This document shows, in pieces, positions 1 through 12,656 of a stretch of 64,000 nt of DNA; the first letter of the stretch is position 1, and the number at the start of each line of letters is the position of its first letter. Position numbers and translations under genes: made by a program. The notes beneath the pieces were generated by a model that worked only from the letters and a program-made list of their open reading frames with translations, was not told the origin of the DNA and did not search any database. Origin of the DNA: Flaccisagitta enflata (Eukaryota); contig OZ231126.1 of assembly GCA_965153355.1 (NCBI GenBank), positions 16,678,001 through 16,742,000 on the forward strand. The letters run 5' to 3'.

Positions 1-364
1 ATCTCAACGTCCTTAACGAATTGAGCAAGAGACCCTGGATTGATCCTATGTTAGACAGGGAAAGCGAAGATTTTCATGGGTTTGAATCCTGCCTTTTCAG
101 CTAGAAAAACGGGAAGCCGCTAAAGGCCGCTGCCTAAATGTTGCTGTTTGTTAATGATTTGTGTTCAGCAGCTTCATAGCTACATTGTATAAAAAAGTAC
201 AAATCAAAACGCCATCAGATCTACTTCACTGACAAATATTTACATGTTGCGTCATACACTAACTCCACTATGAAAAACGGACTCGAAAGTTTCACTTTCC
301 CTCGCTACCTATGTTGAATATTTTACACACATTGTTTCAATGGTAACAATCTGGGGTCTGTAGC

Positions 365-1243
365 TTTTTTAGATGCGTCCTCGCATCTCTATAAGAGGGT
401 GTGTCCCCTTCATATCTCTTCATGTCTCTAACATCTCTTTTGTCTCTTTTGTCTCTTTTGTCTCTTTTGTCTCTCGTATGTCTCTTATGTCTCCTATATG
501 TCTTTTTTATCTCTCATGTCTTTAATTTCTTATGTATCTTAGGTCTCTTATGTCTCCTATGTCTCTTATGTCTCTTTTGTCTCTTTTGTCTCTTTTGTCT
601 CCTACATCACTTTCGTACCTATATGTCTCTTATGTCCCCTATGTCTTCTATATGTCTCTCATGTCTCTTATGTCTCTTAAGTCTCTTATGTCTCTTATGT
701 CTCTTATGTCTCTTATGTCTCTTATGTCTCTTAGGTCTCTTAGGTCTCTTATGTCTCTTATGTCTCTTATGTCTCTTCATGTCTCTTTATGTCTCATATG
801 TCTCCTTATGTTTCCTTATGTCTCTTCATGTCACTCCATGTCTCTTCAAGTCCCTTCATGTCTCTTCATGAGGACAAGCTGAGGGGAGGCGTGGGGGGGA
901 TGGGGAGGCGTCGGGGGGTGGGGGGGCGTGGGGGTTATGGGGAGCCGTGGGGGATGGAGGTGTGGGGGAGTGGAGGCGTGGTGTGTGTGGGGAGGTGTGG
1001 GGGGTCAGGTAGGCGGTGGGGGGTGGGGAGGCGTGGAGGTGGGGAGGCGTAGGGGGTGGGGAGGCGTGGGGGCGATGGGGAGGGGTGGGGGTTGATGGAG
1101 GAATCAGTTCATATTTTTCTCTTACTATGTATCTTTATATTTTCATATCATTATATCCTAATATCTTTATATCTTAATAATTTCTATCATTATATCTTAC
1201 ATCTAAAGAGGACGCATCTATTGGACATCTCTTGGCCTTGTTT
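365..1243 (+). mobile_element. Non-autonomous Helentron/DINE-1-like element with internal tandem repeats
   Basis: T-run start; subterminal inverted repeat AGATGCGTCCTC (371-382) / GAGGACGCATCT (1208-1219); ends GGCCTTGTTT. Related ends recur near 14195-14425 and 59805-60087. Interior is (TATGTCTCT)n at ~410-870 and a G-rich tract at ~880-1095. The family class is inferred from structure. Confidence 0.6.
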
Positions 1244-2076
1244 GTTGAGAGAAATGCTCTCTCAAAGTTGATGCAAATTTTGGATGAAATGGCATTATCA
1301 GATGAAGTATATAAAAATGAAATGGAGCCAATTGATCATTGAATTCAGACGTCATTATAATTCATAACTCTAAAACAAACATGAAATTCGGCCAGTTGAA
1401 ATGTGTAAATCCCATACCCCACCTAGATCATTAAAAGAATTTGCAATTTCATGTAACACGGAAAAAAGAAGAGGGTTTAGATATAAATGATTAAAAGCCC
1501 CCCTACCAATACCTTTTATAAATGCCGGGAACTGTATTCAACAACAGCGCGGAGCATACCTGCGCCATGCATACTAAATCTAAACGCAAATTTGATGCTT
1601 CATGGTTTTCGCATAGAAACCCGAATATTACTCAACTTGCGCGGAATGTAGTCATTGCGCAAGAATAGTCTTTTTTTGTGATCTCGCTACTTTTCTTTCT
1701 TACACCTCCACGTTTTCTCGTTATTTATTTACTTATTTTCATCTTAATGCAGGCCTGCATATTATTGCGTTCCCCTCCCCCAGTGGGAGGGGGGGGAAAT
1801 CAAAGGGTCTGAAGATGGGGGGAAAAAAGGGGAAAAAAAGGGGAAAAAAAGAGAAAAAAAAAAGGAAATTTGGGGAAAATATAACTTTTTACAGTACCAA
1901 ATCATAAAACACAATTAGTATAACACAATTTTACACTATTCAAACCTTAACTACGTTGATTTATTGCCATATGGGGTTGAAAGTCATAGATATAGAAACT
2001 CGACGCGACGCTTCACGGGGAAGAAAATCAAAGGGGGGGGGAAGTTGGGATCGAGGACGTTTCCAAAGCATCCTTT

Positions 2077-2121
<45 letters not shown>

Positions 2122-2194
2122 CAGAGAGCGAGCGAGACAGAGAGAGGAAGAGAGAGAGAGAGAGAGAGATAGAGACGGAGATAGACAGAGACAA

Positions 2195-2360
2195 CATCTG
2201 TAGTTCGCATATGCAACATATTTCGCATATGCAACACCTGTATTTCGCATATGCAACATATTTCACATATGCAACATCTGTATTTCGCATATGCAACATA
2301 TGTCGCATATGCAACACATGTACTTCGCATATGCAACATATTTCGCATATGCAACACATT
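2195..2360. repeat. Minisatellite with core TCGCATATGCAACA, alternating ~18 and ~22 bp units
   Basis: Eight tandem copies are visible. Confidence 0.9.
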
Positions 2361-2509
2361 TTTACAAGAAGTGATTTTTTTCAAAAAGTGCCCGATGAAA
2401 TATTTTTTAATGGCTGGGCCTTGATTCCTGCACCTGTGGACTGTGTGAAACTAAAGAGAAACTTACAGTTATCCAAAAATCGTCCTGGCGGTTCCCAGGA
2501 TTCATAGTG

Positions 2510-3545
2510 GACCAAATTGACCAAAAAATGCCCAAAAATGCCAAAAAATGATCAAAAATGATCAAAAATGACCAAAAATGATCAAAAATGAACAAAATGA
2601 CCAAAAATGACCAAAAATGACCAAAAATGACCATAATGACCAAAAATGACAAAAAATGATCAAAATGACAAAAAATGATCAAAATGACCAAAATGACCAA
2701 AAATGACCAAAAATGACCAAAAATGACCAAAAATGACCAATAGTCGCAAAAGCGTTAGATGGTCAGCGGTACCCGTTGCCCCTATGTGAGTGTATGTGGG
2801 TGTGAGGTGGTTAGTGGGGCAGCGGCCCCGAAGGGGCCGATGACCTATGCTGGTTTTATTTGAGTCCCAAGGCTGTGATTTGAGCCTGGAGGCTTGGTTT
2901 TAAGCCTCAAGGCTGGGATTTGAGCTTCCAGGCAGAGATTTGAGCTTCATGGCTGGGATTTGAGCTTTGAGGCCGGGATTTGAGCTTTGAGGCCGGGATT
3001 TGAGCTTTGAGGCTGGGATTTGAGCTTTGAGGCAGGGATTTGAGCTTTGAGGCAGGGATTTGAGCTTTGAGGCAGGGATTTGAGCCTTGAGGCTAGGATT
3101 TGAGCCTTGAGGCAGGGATTTGAGCCTTGAGGCAGGGATTTGAGCCTCGAGGCTGGGATTTGAGCCTCGAGGCTAGAATTTGTGCCTTGAGGCCGGGATT
3201 TGAGCCTTGAGGCGGGGGGGGGGTACGGAGAAGGAGAAGGAGAAGAAGAAGGAGAAATTTCTCCTGTGTGAAAGCATAGGAAAAATGACCAAAAATGACC
3301 AAAAATGACCAAAAATGACCAAAAATGACCAAAAATGACCAAAAATGACCAAAAATGACCAAAAATGACCAAAATGACTAAAAAAGACCAAAATGATCAA
3401 AAACGACAAAAATGACAAAAATGACAAAAATAACCAAAAATAACCAAAATTGATCAAAAATGACCAAAAATGACCAAAATGATCAAAATGATCAAAATGA
3501 TCAAAATGACCAAAAATGACCAAAAATGACCAAAAATGACTAAAA
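2510..3545. repeat. (AAAAATGACC)n 10-bp array, split by an inserted element at ~2741-3280 that carries a 20-bp (GGGATTTGAGCYTTGAGGCN)n array
   Basis: The same 10-mer array lies on both sides (2510-2740, 3281-3545). The insert begins TAGTCGCAAAAGCGTTAGATGGTCAGCGGTACCCG, as do copies near 43775, 56675 and 58517. Confidence 0.85.
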
Positions 3546-4878
3546 GCAACCAATAATTCCCAAAAACAACAAAAAAATGACTCAAAATAACTCCAGACGA
3601 CCCAAAAAGACGCAAAAAAGCAAAGTGTTATGGACCGACCGACAGACCGACCGACCGACCGACCGACCGACGAAGCGGGTTGTAGAGTTGCGTGCACGCG
3701 ACTAAAAATGTGCATATCTTCGGCGTTTTTCAACCAATTTGGTTGAAATTTGGTATGGAGTCTCCAAATGGAAGGACTCAACATATGTATGTGATTTATT
3801 TATGTTTGAGCATGCTAACTGGCCAAACTGACCTACCACCTAACCAGCTTACTGGTCTAAAAGTAAAAAACTTGCATAAATTGGACATTTTTCAACCAAT
3901 TTGGTTGAAACTTGGTATGGAGTCTCTAAATGGAAGAACTCAACATATGCACACTATTTATCCAAACCAGCCTACCACCCAACCACCCTACTAGCCTCAA
4001 AGTGAAAAACGTGCATAACTTTGCCGTTTTTAAACGGATTTGCATGAAACTTTGTATGGAGGCTCTAAATGTAAAGTTTTAGCGAATTTACAGGGTTAGC
4101 GATCTTTTGGTCATAGCGATCTTATGGAATTGGTGATCTTTAACCCCCTCCGTCGCGGACCCAGATACTGTTCAGATTTTTTTGATGCATTAGCTACAAA
4201 TTAATGGTAAAAAAAAAAAAAAAAATCTGCTTAGAAATATAGAATTGATGGTCCAATAATAGCTAAAAAAGGCATTTTAAGCACATTTTAGATTAAAAAT
4301 TGTATTCATGGCTTCTAAAATTATATAGAAATGTATGAAAAGTTTGGTGCTACAGTGGTTGCACTAATGCTTTTACCTACCTCAGTTTGTTTAGAGTGAT
4401 TTTCCAATAATCAAAACAAAAAAATGCCAAAAACTGTTGTAAAATGACAGTTTTTTGTTATTTTTTGTTATTTCTAAGCTCTAATCTATCAAGTATTTCT
4501 TAAAACTAGCTTGATTATATTCCAGCATGTGTATCTCAACAATATTTATACACTTTTCATAGTCTTAAAGAATTTAAATGAAGTAATTATGAAAATGGGC
4601 TGAAAAAAAATCAATTTGATAGTTTTTTAAATCAATTTGATAGTTACAGCTTGAAGCTACAATCATAATTTCTGATATAAAAAATATATAAAAATGCTTC
4701 ATTTTTGCTATCTTTAAGCTTTGAATTCTATATTTCCAAGCCAATCTTTTTATTCTGCTTTAGATTGATAGCTAATGCATCCAAAAATACTATTTCCCAG
4801 GCCATTTTTTTTTTCGACCAATGGTGTGTTCCTGGACGCCGTGATCTGATAGCAACTTTTCCATGTGTATCATTTCAG

Positions 4879-5375
4879 TACGAGGCCAAACCGGAAATCG
4901 TTCACATGTTCCGCGAGCCTGAGAAGCGTCCTCCAGCAACCGTTTCTTACGCTTTCACCGCCCTCGTTCTCCTCCCACTGCTGATTCTTCTCGTCGCTTG
5001 GAAACTCATAGGCGTCAACTGCGACGGAATCGCGCTTAGAAAGTAAGTCAAAGGAGAAAATGTGTATCTCGATCTGGTCTCTTTTCTTGCGGTTTGAGTG
5101 TTAGATATTTTCGATTCGTGAATAATGGTATTCCGGCAATTTATTATTTTACCTTCCTCATCTCACCCACATCCCATATCTTGACATTTTTCAGTCCATT
5201 ACACGTGGTGGTATTCCACTTAACGTTGGGAGCCGTGTTAGTATTGATGTATTTGTATTGGACGCGGCTGGACATGTTCGTCACGCTGGAGATTCTCGCC
5301 GCCCTCGCGGTCGTCCTCTTCCTCTCGGGCAATCGTCTCCTCGCCTCCATCGCGGCCGCTCGGAAGGCCAAATGA
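4879..5375 (+). CDS. RPN2: Ribophorin II (oligosaccharyltransferase subunit 2), last two coding exons: 4879-5042 and 5195-5375; upstream exons not found in this window
   Basis: Translation YEAKPEIVHMFREPEKRPPATVSYAFTALVLLPLLILLVAW...PLHVVVFHLTLGAVLVLMYLYWTRLDMFVTLEILAALAVVLFLSGNRLLASIAAARKAK* matches the RPN2 C-terminus (KPEIxHxFRxPEKRPP, then three TM segments, LxGNRxL). Acceptor tttcag ends at 4878, donor gtaagt at 5043, acceptor tttcag ends at 5194; phases are compatible (AA+T). Confidence 0.95.
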
Positions 5376-5941
5376 TCTGACGACGTTGATCCATTTCGAG
5401 AAGAAACGGAAAAAATACTTTTGAACAAAGTGGAAAATGAAAAATTTCAAGAAAAAAAGAATTTCGGAAACGTCGATGGGTTTTGGATGAAAAGATGCGT
5501 CCACGTGAATCTAAGTCATTTGTTTTAGTCATCGCTTTTACATTCGGGGGGGGGGGGTAGGTTATGGGTGGGTAGGAGTGAATGAACTGGTGATTCATGT
5601 CATTTCTGTCATTTCTGTCATCATGTGATGTTTTAAGCTTCCATCACTTTCTGTCCCATGTCTGCAAATTTTCTATAAACAAAAAACAAAAACAAAAAGA
5701 AAAATTCATCCCGCCGTAACAAGCAAATACATTTACCATTGAACTGCAAGCGTTGAAGCGATTTTCATTCATCAGCCTTCACTAAATTTTTGATTTACTC
5801 TCGTTTTATTCCAACATTCCCATTTTATTGTAATCAACATTGTCCGCAAAAGTTGTGAATCTCTCATCTTCAGATTGATTTCTTGTGGATTCACTGAAAA
5901 ATACAAAAAGATGTTACCGGGCGTGAAGGGAGATCTTTTTA

Positions 5942-6083
5942 CAGCAGAAAGTGATATACAAGAAGTTAACCCCCCAACAGGGTGGCAGAAATAGGGGAAC
6001 GCCGGGAACGTCGTTCCTCGGACCTATAGATCAAGAGTCGGACTTATAGATTTGAGGGAGGAAAAGGAGGAAAGAGAAAAAGG

Positions 6084-6145
<62 letters not shown>

Positions 6146-7065
6146 GAGAGAAAGAAAAAAAGGAGAGAAAGAAAAAAAGGAGAGAAAGAAAAAAAGGAGA
6201 GAAAGAAAAAAAGGAGAGAAAGAAAAAAAGGAGAGAAAGAGAAAATTTCATTCAACTGTTGTCTCTTCTCTTGTTTCTGGGGCGAAGTTATCTGATTTTT
6301 GCTTTTGAATTCAATTTTAGGGAAAGGACAGGGCTATCCTTATTTTTCTTGAGTTGACACCAATCTTATGAATAAAATCATATTGAATAAAATGACTTAA
6401 AATTCGAATTAATTTATTCAAATGACAGGGCTCAATGTATCCATATGAGTAACATTTTTTGTCATTGAATTTTTGTTATAGTTTTTTTTTATCTACTTAA
6501 CGCCACCTACTAAACGCCATTAAACCCCTAGTTTTCTTTGTATTGCTTCTTAACAGGTAAGAATGAAGAAAAAATGGTGGTATTTGATCATTTGAGAGAA
6601 ACTTCAAAAGTCGGACTTATAGCATTGGAAAAAAGCGTGCCTCGGACCTATAGAATTTTCTGCCACCCTGCCCCCCAAAAACTGTAGCACCCCCCCCTAC
6701 AGCCTCAACCGCAAATTGAAGAAAGACATATAAGGTGGGGAATATAAGCTTATATTAATACAATTAGCCTCATCAGAGCGATTTTGGAATTTCATTCCTA
6801 GTAAAGAATTATAGCAAAAAAAAAAAAAAAACAGTAAAAAATAGCATTTTTAGCCTTATTCAAAAAGTGTTAATTTTGGCTAGTTTCTTAGCTGTAACTT
6901 TTTACTGGGAATAAAATTCTAAAATCGCTCTGATGAGGCTAATTGTACTGATGTAAGCTTCCATTCTCTATCTTATATACCTTTCTTCATTAAGCGGTTA
7001 CGGCTGAAGGGGGGGGGGTGCTACAGTTTTTGGGGGGTTAACTTCTTGTATTTCACTTTCGTCTG
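5942..7065. mobile_element. Palindromic MITE with TA target duplication (Tc1/mariner-type), interrupted by a second MITE
   Basis: TA|CAGCAGAAAGTGATATACAAGAAGTTAACCCCCCAA... and ...TTGGGGGGTTAACTTCTTGTATTTCACTTTCGTCTG|TA. The long arms also pair internally (TACAATTAGCCTCATCAGAGCGATTTT / AAAATCGCTCTGATGAGGCTAATTGTA). Confidence 0.85.
5978..6670. mobile_element. hAT-type MITE nested in the previous element
   Basis: Perfect 14-bp TIR CAGGGTGGCAGAAA / TTTCTGCCACCCTG; 8-bp TSD CCCCCCAA at 5970-5977 and 6671-6678. Confidence 0.9.
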
Positions 7066-7419
7066 TATGTGAACTGCATCCTATCGCTAGTTCACAGTTC
7101 AAGCAAGCCAGCGAAAGTTCAAAAGACCACTACTTCAGTTATTTATTTTCAGTCAATTATTTGACGCAGAGTTTTGAGTTGTTACATTCTGTAAAAAATT
7201 TTAAAAATTGGAAGGGATAAGTTTGCCATCACTCGCTCACACAATTCCCGAATTTAAACGCCATGAATATTTCATTTGGGCCACGTTTGAGCAATTTTCC
7301 TATTTCAGTCTCGTGTAATAAATCATGAAAATTAAAAAATTCTTAAATGGACAGAATTATCTTTGATAGACCTGCAGTCATCAACTATTCCTCCAGCTAT
7401 CTAGAGACAGAGTAAAAGA

Positions 7420-8093
7420 ATGCCTCCAAAGTTGCAGAACGACGTCACCAAAAGAGTCGTCGACTCGTTTCCGCCTCCGCCGGCCAATAAGCTGACGATG
7501 GCGCAGGTTTTCGACAGCCGCGGCAAGCCTCGACCGGATGTCCTGAAGCAACACTTTCTTCGCGAGGGACGTGTCGTCGACGAAGTCGCCATGCGCATCA
7601 TCGCCGAAACGACGGCCATTTTGAGCCGGGAGAAGAACGTGTTGGAGGTGACGGCGCCGGTGACCGTCTGCGGCGACGTTCACGGACAATTCTACGATCT
7701 GATGAAACTCTTCGACGTCGGAGGTCCCCCGGACAAGACGCGGTACCTTTTTCTCGGTGACTACGTGGACCGGGGCAACTTTAGCATCGAAATCGTGCTA
7801 TATCTTTGGTCGCTGAAAATTCTCCATCGAGACACGATGCATTTGATCCGAGGTAACCACGAATGCCGACATTTGAGCGAATATTTCACCTTCAAGACGG
7901 AATGCCTAGTAAAGTACAGCGAAAAGATCTACGACGCTTGCATGGAGTCTTTCGATTGCCTGCCCCTCGCCGCAATTATGAACCGTCAATATCTCTGCAT
8001 CCATGGCGGACTATCTCCGGAAATTCACAGCGTCGATGATATAAGGAAGGTTGTTTAGGCGAGCATCAACGTTGCCGGGTGAACCTTCATTTT

Positions 8094-8146
<53 letters not shown>

Positions 8147-8617
8147 TATTCATTCTTTCTAGCTTTCTTTCATTCATTCTTTCAATCTTTCTTTCTTTCT
8201 TTCTTTCTTTCCTTGTTTGTTTCCTTGTTTCTTTCTTTCCTTGTTTCTTTCTTTCCTTGTTACTTTCTTTCCCTGTTTCTTTTTTTCCTTGTTTCTTTTT
8301 TTCTGTCTTTCCTTGTTTCTTTCTTTATATCTTTCCTTGTTTCTTTCCTTGTTTCTTTCTTTCCTTGTTTCTTTCTTTCCTTGCCTCTTTATTTCTTTCC
8401 TTGTTTCTTTCTTTCCTTGTTTCTTTCTTTCCTTGTTTCTTACTTTCCTTGTTTCTTTCTTTCCTTGTTTCTTTCTTTCCTTGTTTCTTTCTTTCCTTGT
8501 TTCTTTCTTTCTTTCCTTGTTTCTTTCTTTCTTTCCTTGTTTCTTTCTTTCTTTCCTTGTTTCTTTCTTTCTTTCCTTGTTTCTTTCTTTCCTTCCTTGT
8601 TTCTTTCTTTCCTCATT

Positions 8618-8665
<48 letters not shown>

Positions 8666-11600
8666 TCCTTCCTTGTTTCTTTCTTTTCTCGTTTCTTTCT
8701 TTTCTCGTTTCTTTCCATCTTTCTTTCCTCGTTTCTTTCCTTCTTTCTTTCCTCGTTTCTTTCCTTCTTTCTTTCCTCGTTTCTTTATTTCTTTCCTTTT
8801 TTCTTTACTTCTTTCCTTGTTTCTTTGTTTCCATCTTTCCTTGTTTCTTGCTTTTCTTGTTTCTTTCTCTCTTTCTTTCTTACCTTGTTTCTTTCTTTCT
8901 TTCTCTCCGTGTTTCTTTCTTCCTCTGCTTGTTTCTTTCTCTGCTTGTTTCTTTCTCTGATTGTTTCTTTCTCTCCTTGTTTCTTTCTCTCATGCATGCA
9001 CAATATTGTAAGGTTTCCGTCGCTCTTAGTGATTTTTGTCCGCGACGGAATACCATTCCGACGCGGACTATAATTCGAGGCGGGTGGGTGTCGTCGTCGT
9101 CGTCGTTGTCGTCCACACTTTTAAAAATGGGCTAACTTTTGAACGCCTTGACCGATTTGCTTTATATTTGGAGGGAAGTTGTATTAGGGTAAGCCGCTTT
9201 GCAGCCTATGCGTGTGTTATGATCCGACCCATCCAACCGGCCCAACCAGCCTACCAGCCTAAAAGTGAAAAATGTACATAACTTCGGCATTTTTCAACCG
9301 ATTTGGTTAAGATTTGGTATGTAGTCCCTAAATGGAAGAACTCAACATATGTGTTTGAATTGTAAAGATTTTAGCATGCTAACCAGCCAAACCGGCCTAC
9401 CAACCAACCAGCCTACCAGTCTAAAAGTGAAGAACATGCATAACTTTGGCATTTTTCAACCGATTTGGTTAAAACTTGGTATGTAGTCTCTAAATGGAAG
9501 GACTCCACATATGTATTTGATTTGTAAAGATTTTAGCATGCTAACCGGCCAAACCGGCCTACCACCCAACCAGCCTACCAGCCTAAAAGTGAAAAACGTG
9601 CATAACTTTGGCATTTTTCAACCAATTTGGTTAAAACTTGGTATGTAGTCTCTAAATGGAAGGACTCAACATATGTATTTGATTTGTAAAGATTTTAGCA
9701 TGCTAAACGGCCAAACCGGCCTACCACCCAACTAGCCTACCAGCCTAAAAGTGAAAAATGTGCATAACTTTGGCATTTTTCTACCGATTTGGTTAAAATT
9801 TGTTATGTAGCCCCTAAATGGAAGAACTCAACATATGTATTTGAATTGTAAAGATTTTAGCATGCTAACCGGCCAAACCGGCCTACCACCCAACCAGCCT
9901 AATAGTGAGAAACATGCATAACTTTGGCATTTTTCAACCAATTTGGTTAGGACTTGGTATGTAGTCTTTAAATGGAAGGACTCAACATATGTATTTGATT
10001 TGTAAAGATTATAGCATGCTAACTGGCCAAACCAACCAAACAGCCGTTTGACAACGCCATTTGACAACGTCGTTTGACAACGCCATTTGACAACGCCGTT
10101 TGACAACGCAGTTGACAACGCCGTTTGACAACGCCGTTTGACAACGCCGTTTGACAACGCCGTTTGACAACGCCGTTTGACAACGCCGTTTGACAACGCC
10201 GTTTGACAACGCCGTTTGACAACGCCGTTTGACAACGCCGTTTGACAACGCCGTTTGACAACGCCGTTTGACAACGCCGTTTGACAACGCCGTTTGACAA
10301 CGCCGTTTGACAACGCCGTTGACAGCCCGTATGACAACGCGTATGACAACCCGTGTGACAACGCCGTATGATAACGCCGTGACAAAGCCATATGCGCCGT
10401 ATGACAACGCCGTATGACAACGTCGTTTGACAACGCCGTTTGACAACGCCGTTTGACAACGCCGTTTGACAACGCCGTTTGACAACGCCGTTTGACAGCG
10501 CCGTATGACAGCGCCGTATGACAACGCCGTATGACAACGTCGTATGACAACGTCGTATGACAACGCCGTATGACAGCGCCGTTTGACAACGCCGTTTGAC
10601 AACGCCGTTTGACAACGCCGTTTGACAACGCCGTTTGACATTGCCGTTTGACATTGCCGTTTGACAACGCCGTTTGACAACGCCGTTTGACAACGCCGTT
10701 TGACAACGCCGTTTGACAACGCCATTTGACCCCAGTCGCGGACCCATACTCTTTCAAGATTTTTATGAATTTTATGCCAACAAAACCTTTTGCATAACAA
10801 CTTTGTGTAGATCGATCGTTACCGCGAGCCACCCCAGCATGGGCCGATGTGCGACTTGCTATGGGCAGATCCAACAGAAGATTATGGCGCTGAAAAGAGT
10901 CACGAGCACTTCAGTCACAACACGGTGCGAGGCTGTTCCTTTTACTTCTCTTATACGGCGTGTTGTCAGTTTTTGGCGCACAATGGCTTGTTGGCCGTCA
11001 TTCGCGCGCACGAAGCTCAAGACGCCGGATACCGCATGTACCGCAAAAGTTCGTTAACCGGGTTCCCGTCGCTGATCACGATCTTTTCTGCGCCAAATTA
11101 CCTCGACGTCTATAATAATAAAGCCGCTGTTCTCAAGTATGAAACCAACGCCAACCGGGAGCTGGTCATGAATATCCGCCAGTTCAACCACAGTCCGCAT
11201 CCTTACTGGCTACCCAATTTCATGGACGTGTTCGCTTGGAGTCTGCCTTTTGTCGGCGAGAAAGTGGCCGAGATGCTCGTCGCCGTTCTCCACGTTTGCA
11301 CCGACGACGAGATTTCCGAATCGGATCTGTCACCGGATGCAGCGGCCGCCAACCGAGCCAAAATCGAACGCAAGAATCAGTTGCGCGCAAAATTTCGCGC
11401 CATCGGCAAAATGGCGAAAACTTTCGCCACGCTTAGAGAGGAAGCGGAGACGGTCTATACGCTGAAAGGGTTGACGCCGAATGGATTGCTGCCGGTCGGC
11501 GCGTTGGCTGATGGTAAAGAGGGGTTGATGAACGCCTTGAAGGATAAAAAGTCACGATTCGAAGACGTCAGACGCCTGGATAGGGTCAACGAGCGTCTGC

Positions 11601-11686
11601 CACCTGCAAGACCATCTACCTCCAGATCGAAAAGTGTCGATACGTCGTCAACGTTGAGAATGCAGGCCAAATTCCCGCCCAAATAG
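7420..11686 (+). CDS. PPP3CA: Calcineurin A / serine-threonine protein phosphatase 2B catalytic subunit; exons 7420-8049 and 10811-11686, about 501 aa
   Basis: PPP motifs GDVHGQ, GDYVDRG, RGNHE, HGG, RAHE, SAPNY. Calcineurin-specific [14 protein letters not shown] (CnB-binding), [12 protein letters not shown] (CaM-binding) and [16 protein letters not shown] (autoinhibitory domain). A phase-0 GT..AG intron at 8050-10810 joins ...[20 protein letters not shown]..., restoring the canonical sequence. The symbol is family-level; the paralog cannot be assigned. Confidence 0.96.
8090..8990. repeat. Pyrimidine-rich (CTTT)n/(TTTCTTTCCTTG)n tract in the calcineurin intron
   Basis: Direct inspection. 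Confidence 0.95.
9033..10755 (+). mobile_element. Helentron/DINE-like element containing a 162-bp tandem array (~5 copies, ~9238-10040) and a 13-bp (TTTGACAACGCCG)n array (~10045-10730)
   Basis: T-run then GTCCGCGAC (9038-9046), with the inverse GTCGCGGAC at 10735-10743. Unit anchors at 9280, 9442, 9604 and 9766 are 162 bp apart. A diverged copy of the same unit and 3' end lies at ~3705-4170. Confidence 0.7.
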
Positions 11687-12656
11687 TCGATCGATTGTCT
11701 GAATTGGCTTAAAAAGACGGCCGATCGATTGTCTGAATTCGCTTAAAAAGACCTCATACATGGTCTTGGCTATATTAAGTTTTTTAGTTGCAAACTGTAA
11801 AGGAGACTGTCTGTAATCACAAGTCGAAAAGCGCAATTGAAATTCTGCGTGCGTGTGGGGCATGTGGAGGGGGTTCTTCTGCCTCTGTTCACTCATCTAC
11901 CTCAATCTTGTAATCCCGCGTTGATTGAAAATATGCTTGCCCCATTATCTCAAGTCTAAACGAGATTTACTGTAATTTTTGCCAAGTCGAACCGTTCATT
12001 TATTAGCTACATTCCGATTGTAAAAGACCGGATTCCTGGGATAATTATAGTGCAATGAACTAAAAAAAAAATGTTTTTAAGGGAATTGAAAATAAAATGA
12101 GAATTAAATTTTTAGAATGATTTGATATGGGTAAAAAGTATAACAGGATCAGTATCCAATAAGCGTTCTTGAAACTTTTTAGGTTGAACAAAAAAATTAT
12201 AGTACTTAAGGTTCATATTTGTTCAGCTGGTTGACGGTTATAGATAAATTGGTTGTTGTGCTTTATGTATCACCAGTACCACACAAAAACGTCAAGTCCA
12301 CTGACTGTAATTTGTAGCTTTGTGCATGTTCTAAGATTTTATATAAAACGATGCAAGCAGTCGCAATGCACCACCGACTACTTTTTCTTTTAAAAAAAAA
12401 ACAAGGCCGGATACACGGGCCATGACAATGCGCCGGGCGTTATTCTTAGACCTATCCCTAGCTCCATCAGACCTATCCCTAGCTCTATCAGACCTATCCC
12501 GAGCTCTATCAGGCAGGCCCATCCTGAGCTCTATCAGACTACACATATCCCGAGCTCTATAAGACTAGACATATTCCGAGCTCTTATCAGACTAGACCTA
12601 TCCCAAGCTCTGTCAGACCTATCACTAGCTCTATCAGACCTATCACTAGCTCTATC

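Noticed and set aside
9238-10730. Regularly spaced repeats resembling a CRISPR array
   Set aside because: The units are head-to-tail without unique spacers, there are no cas genes, and the context is a eukaryotic intron.
9828-10874. Minus-strand ORFs with repeated [13 protein letters not shown]
   Set aside because: This is the translation of a 13-bp minisatellite; the same peptide appears in all three frames.
7420-11686. Two separate or broken phosphatase genes, as the ORF track suggests
   Set aside because: A phase-0 GT-AG intron joins them into one intact calcineurin A.
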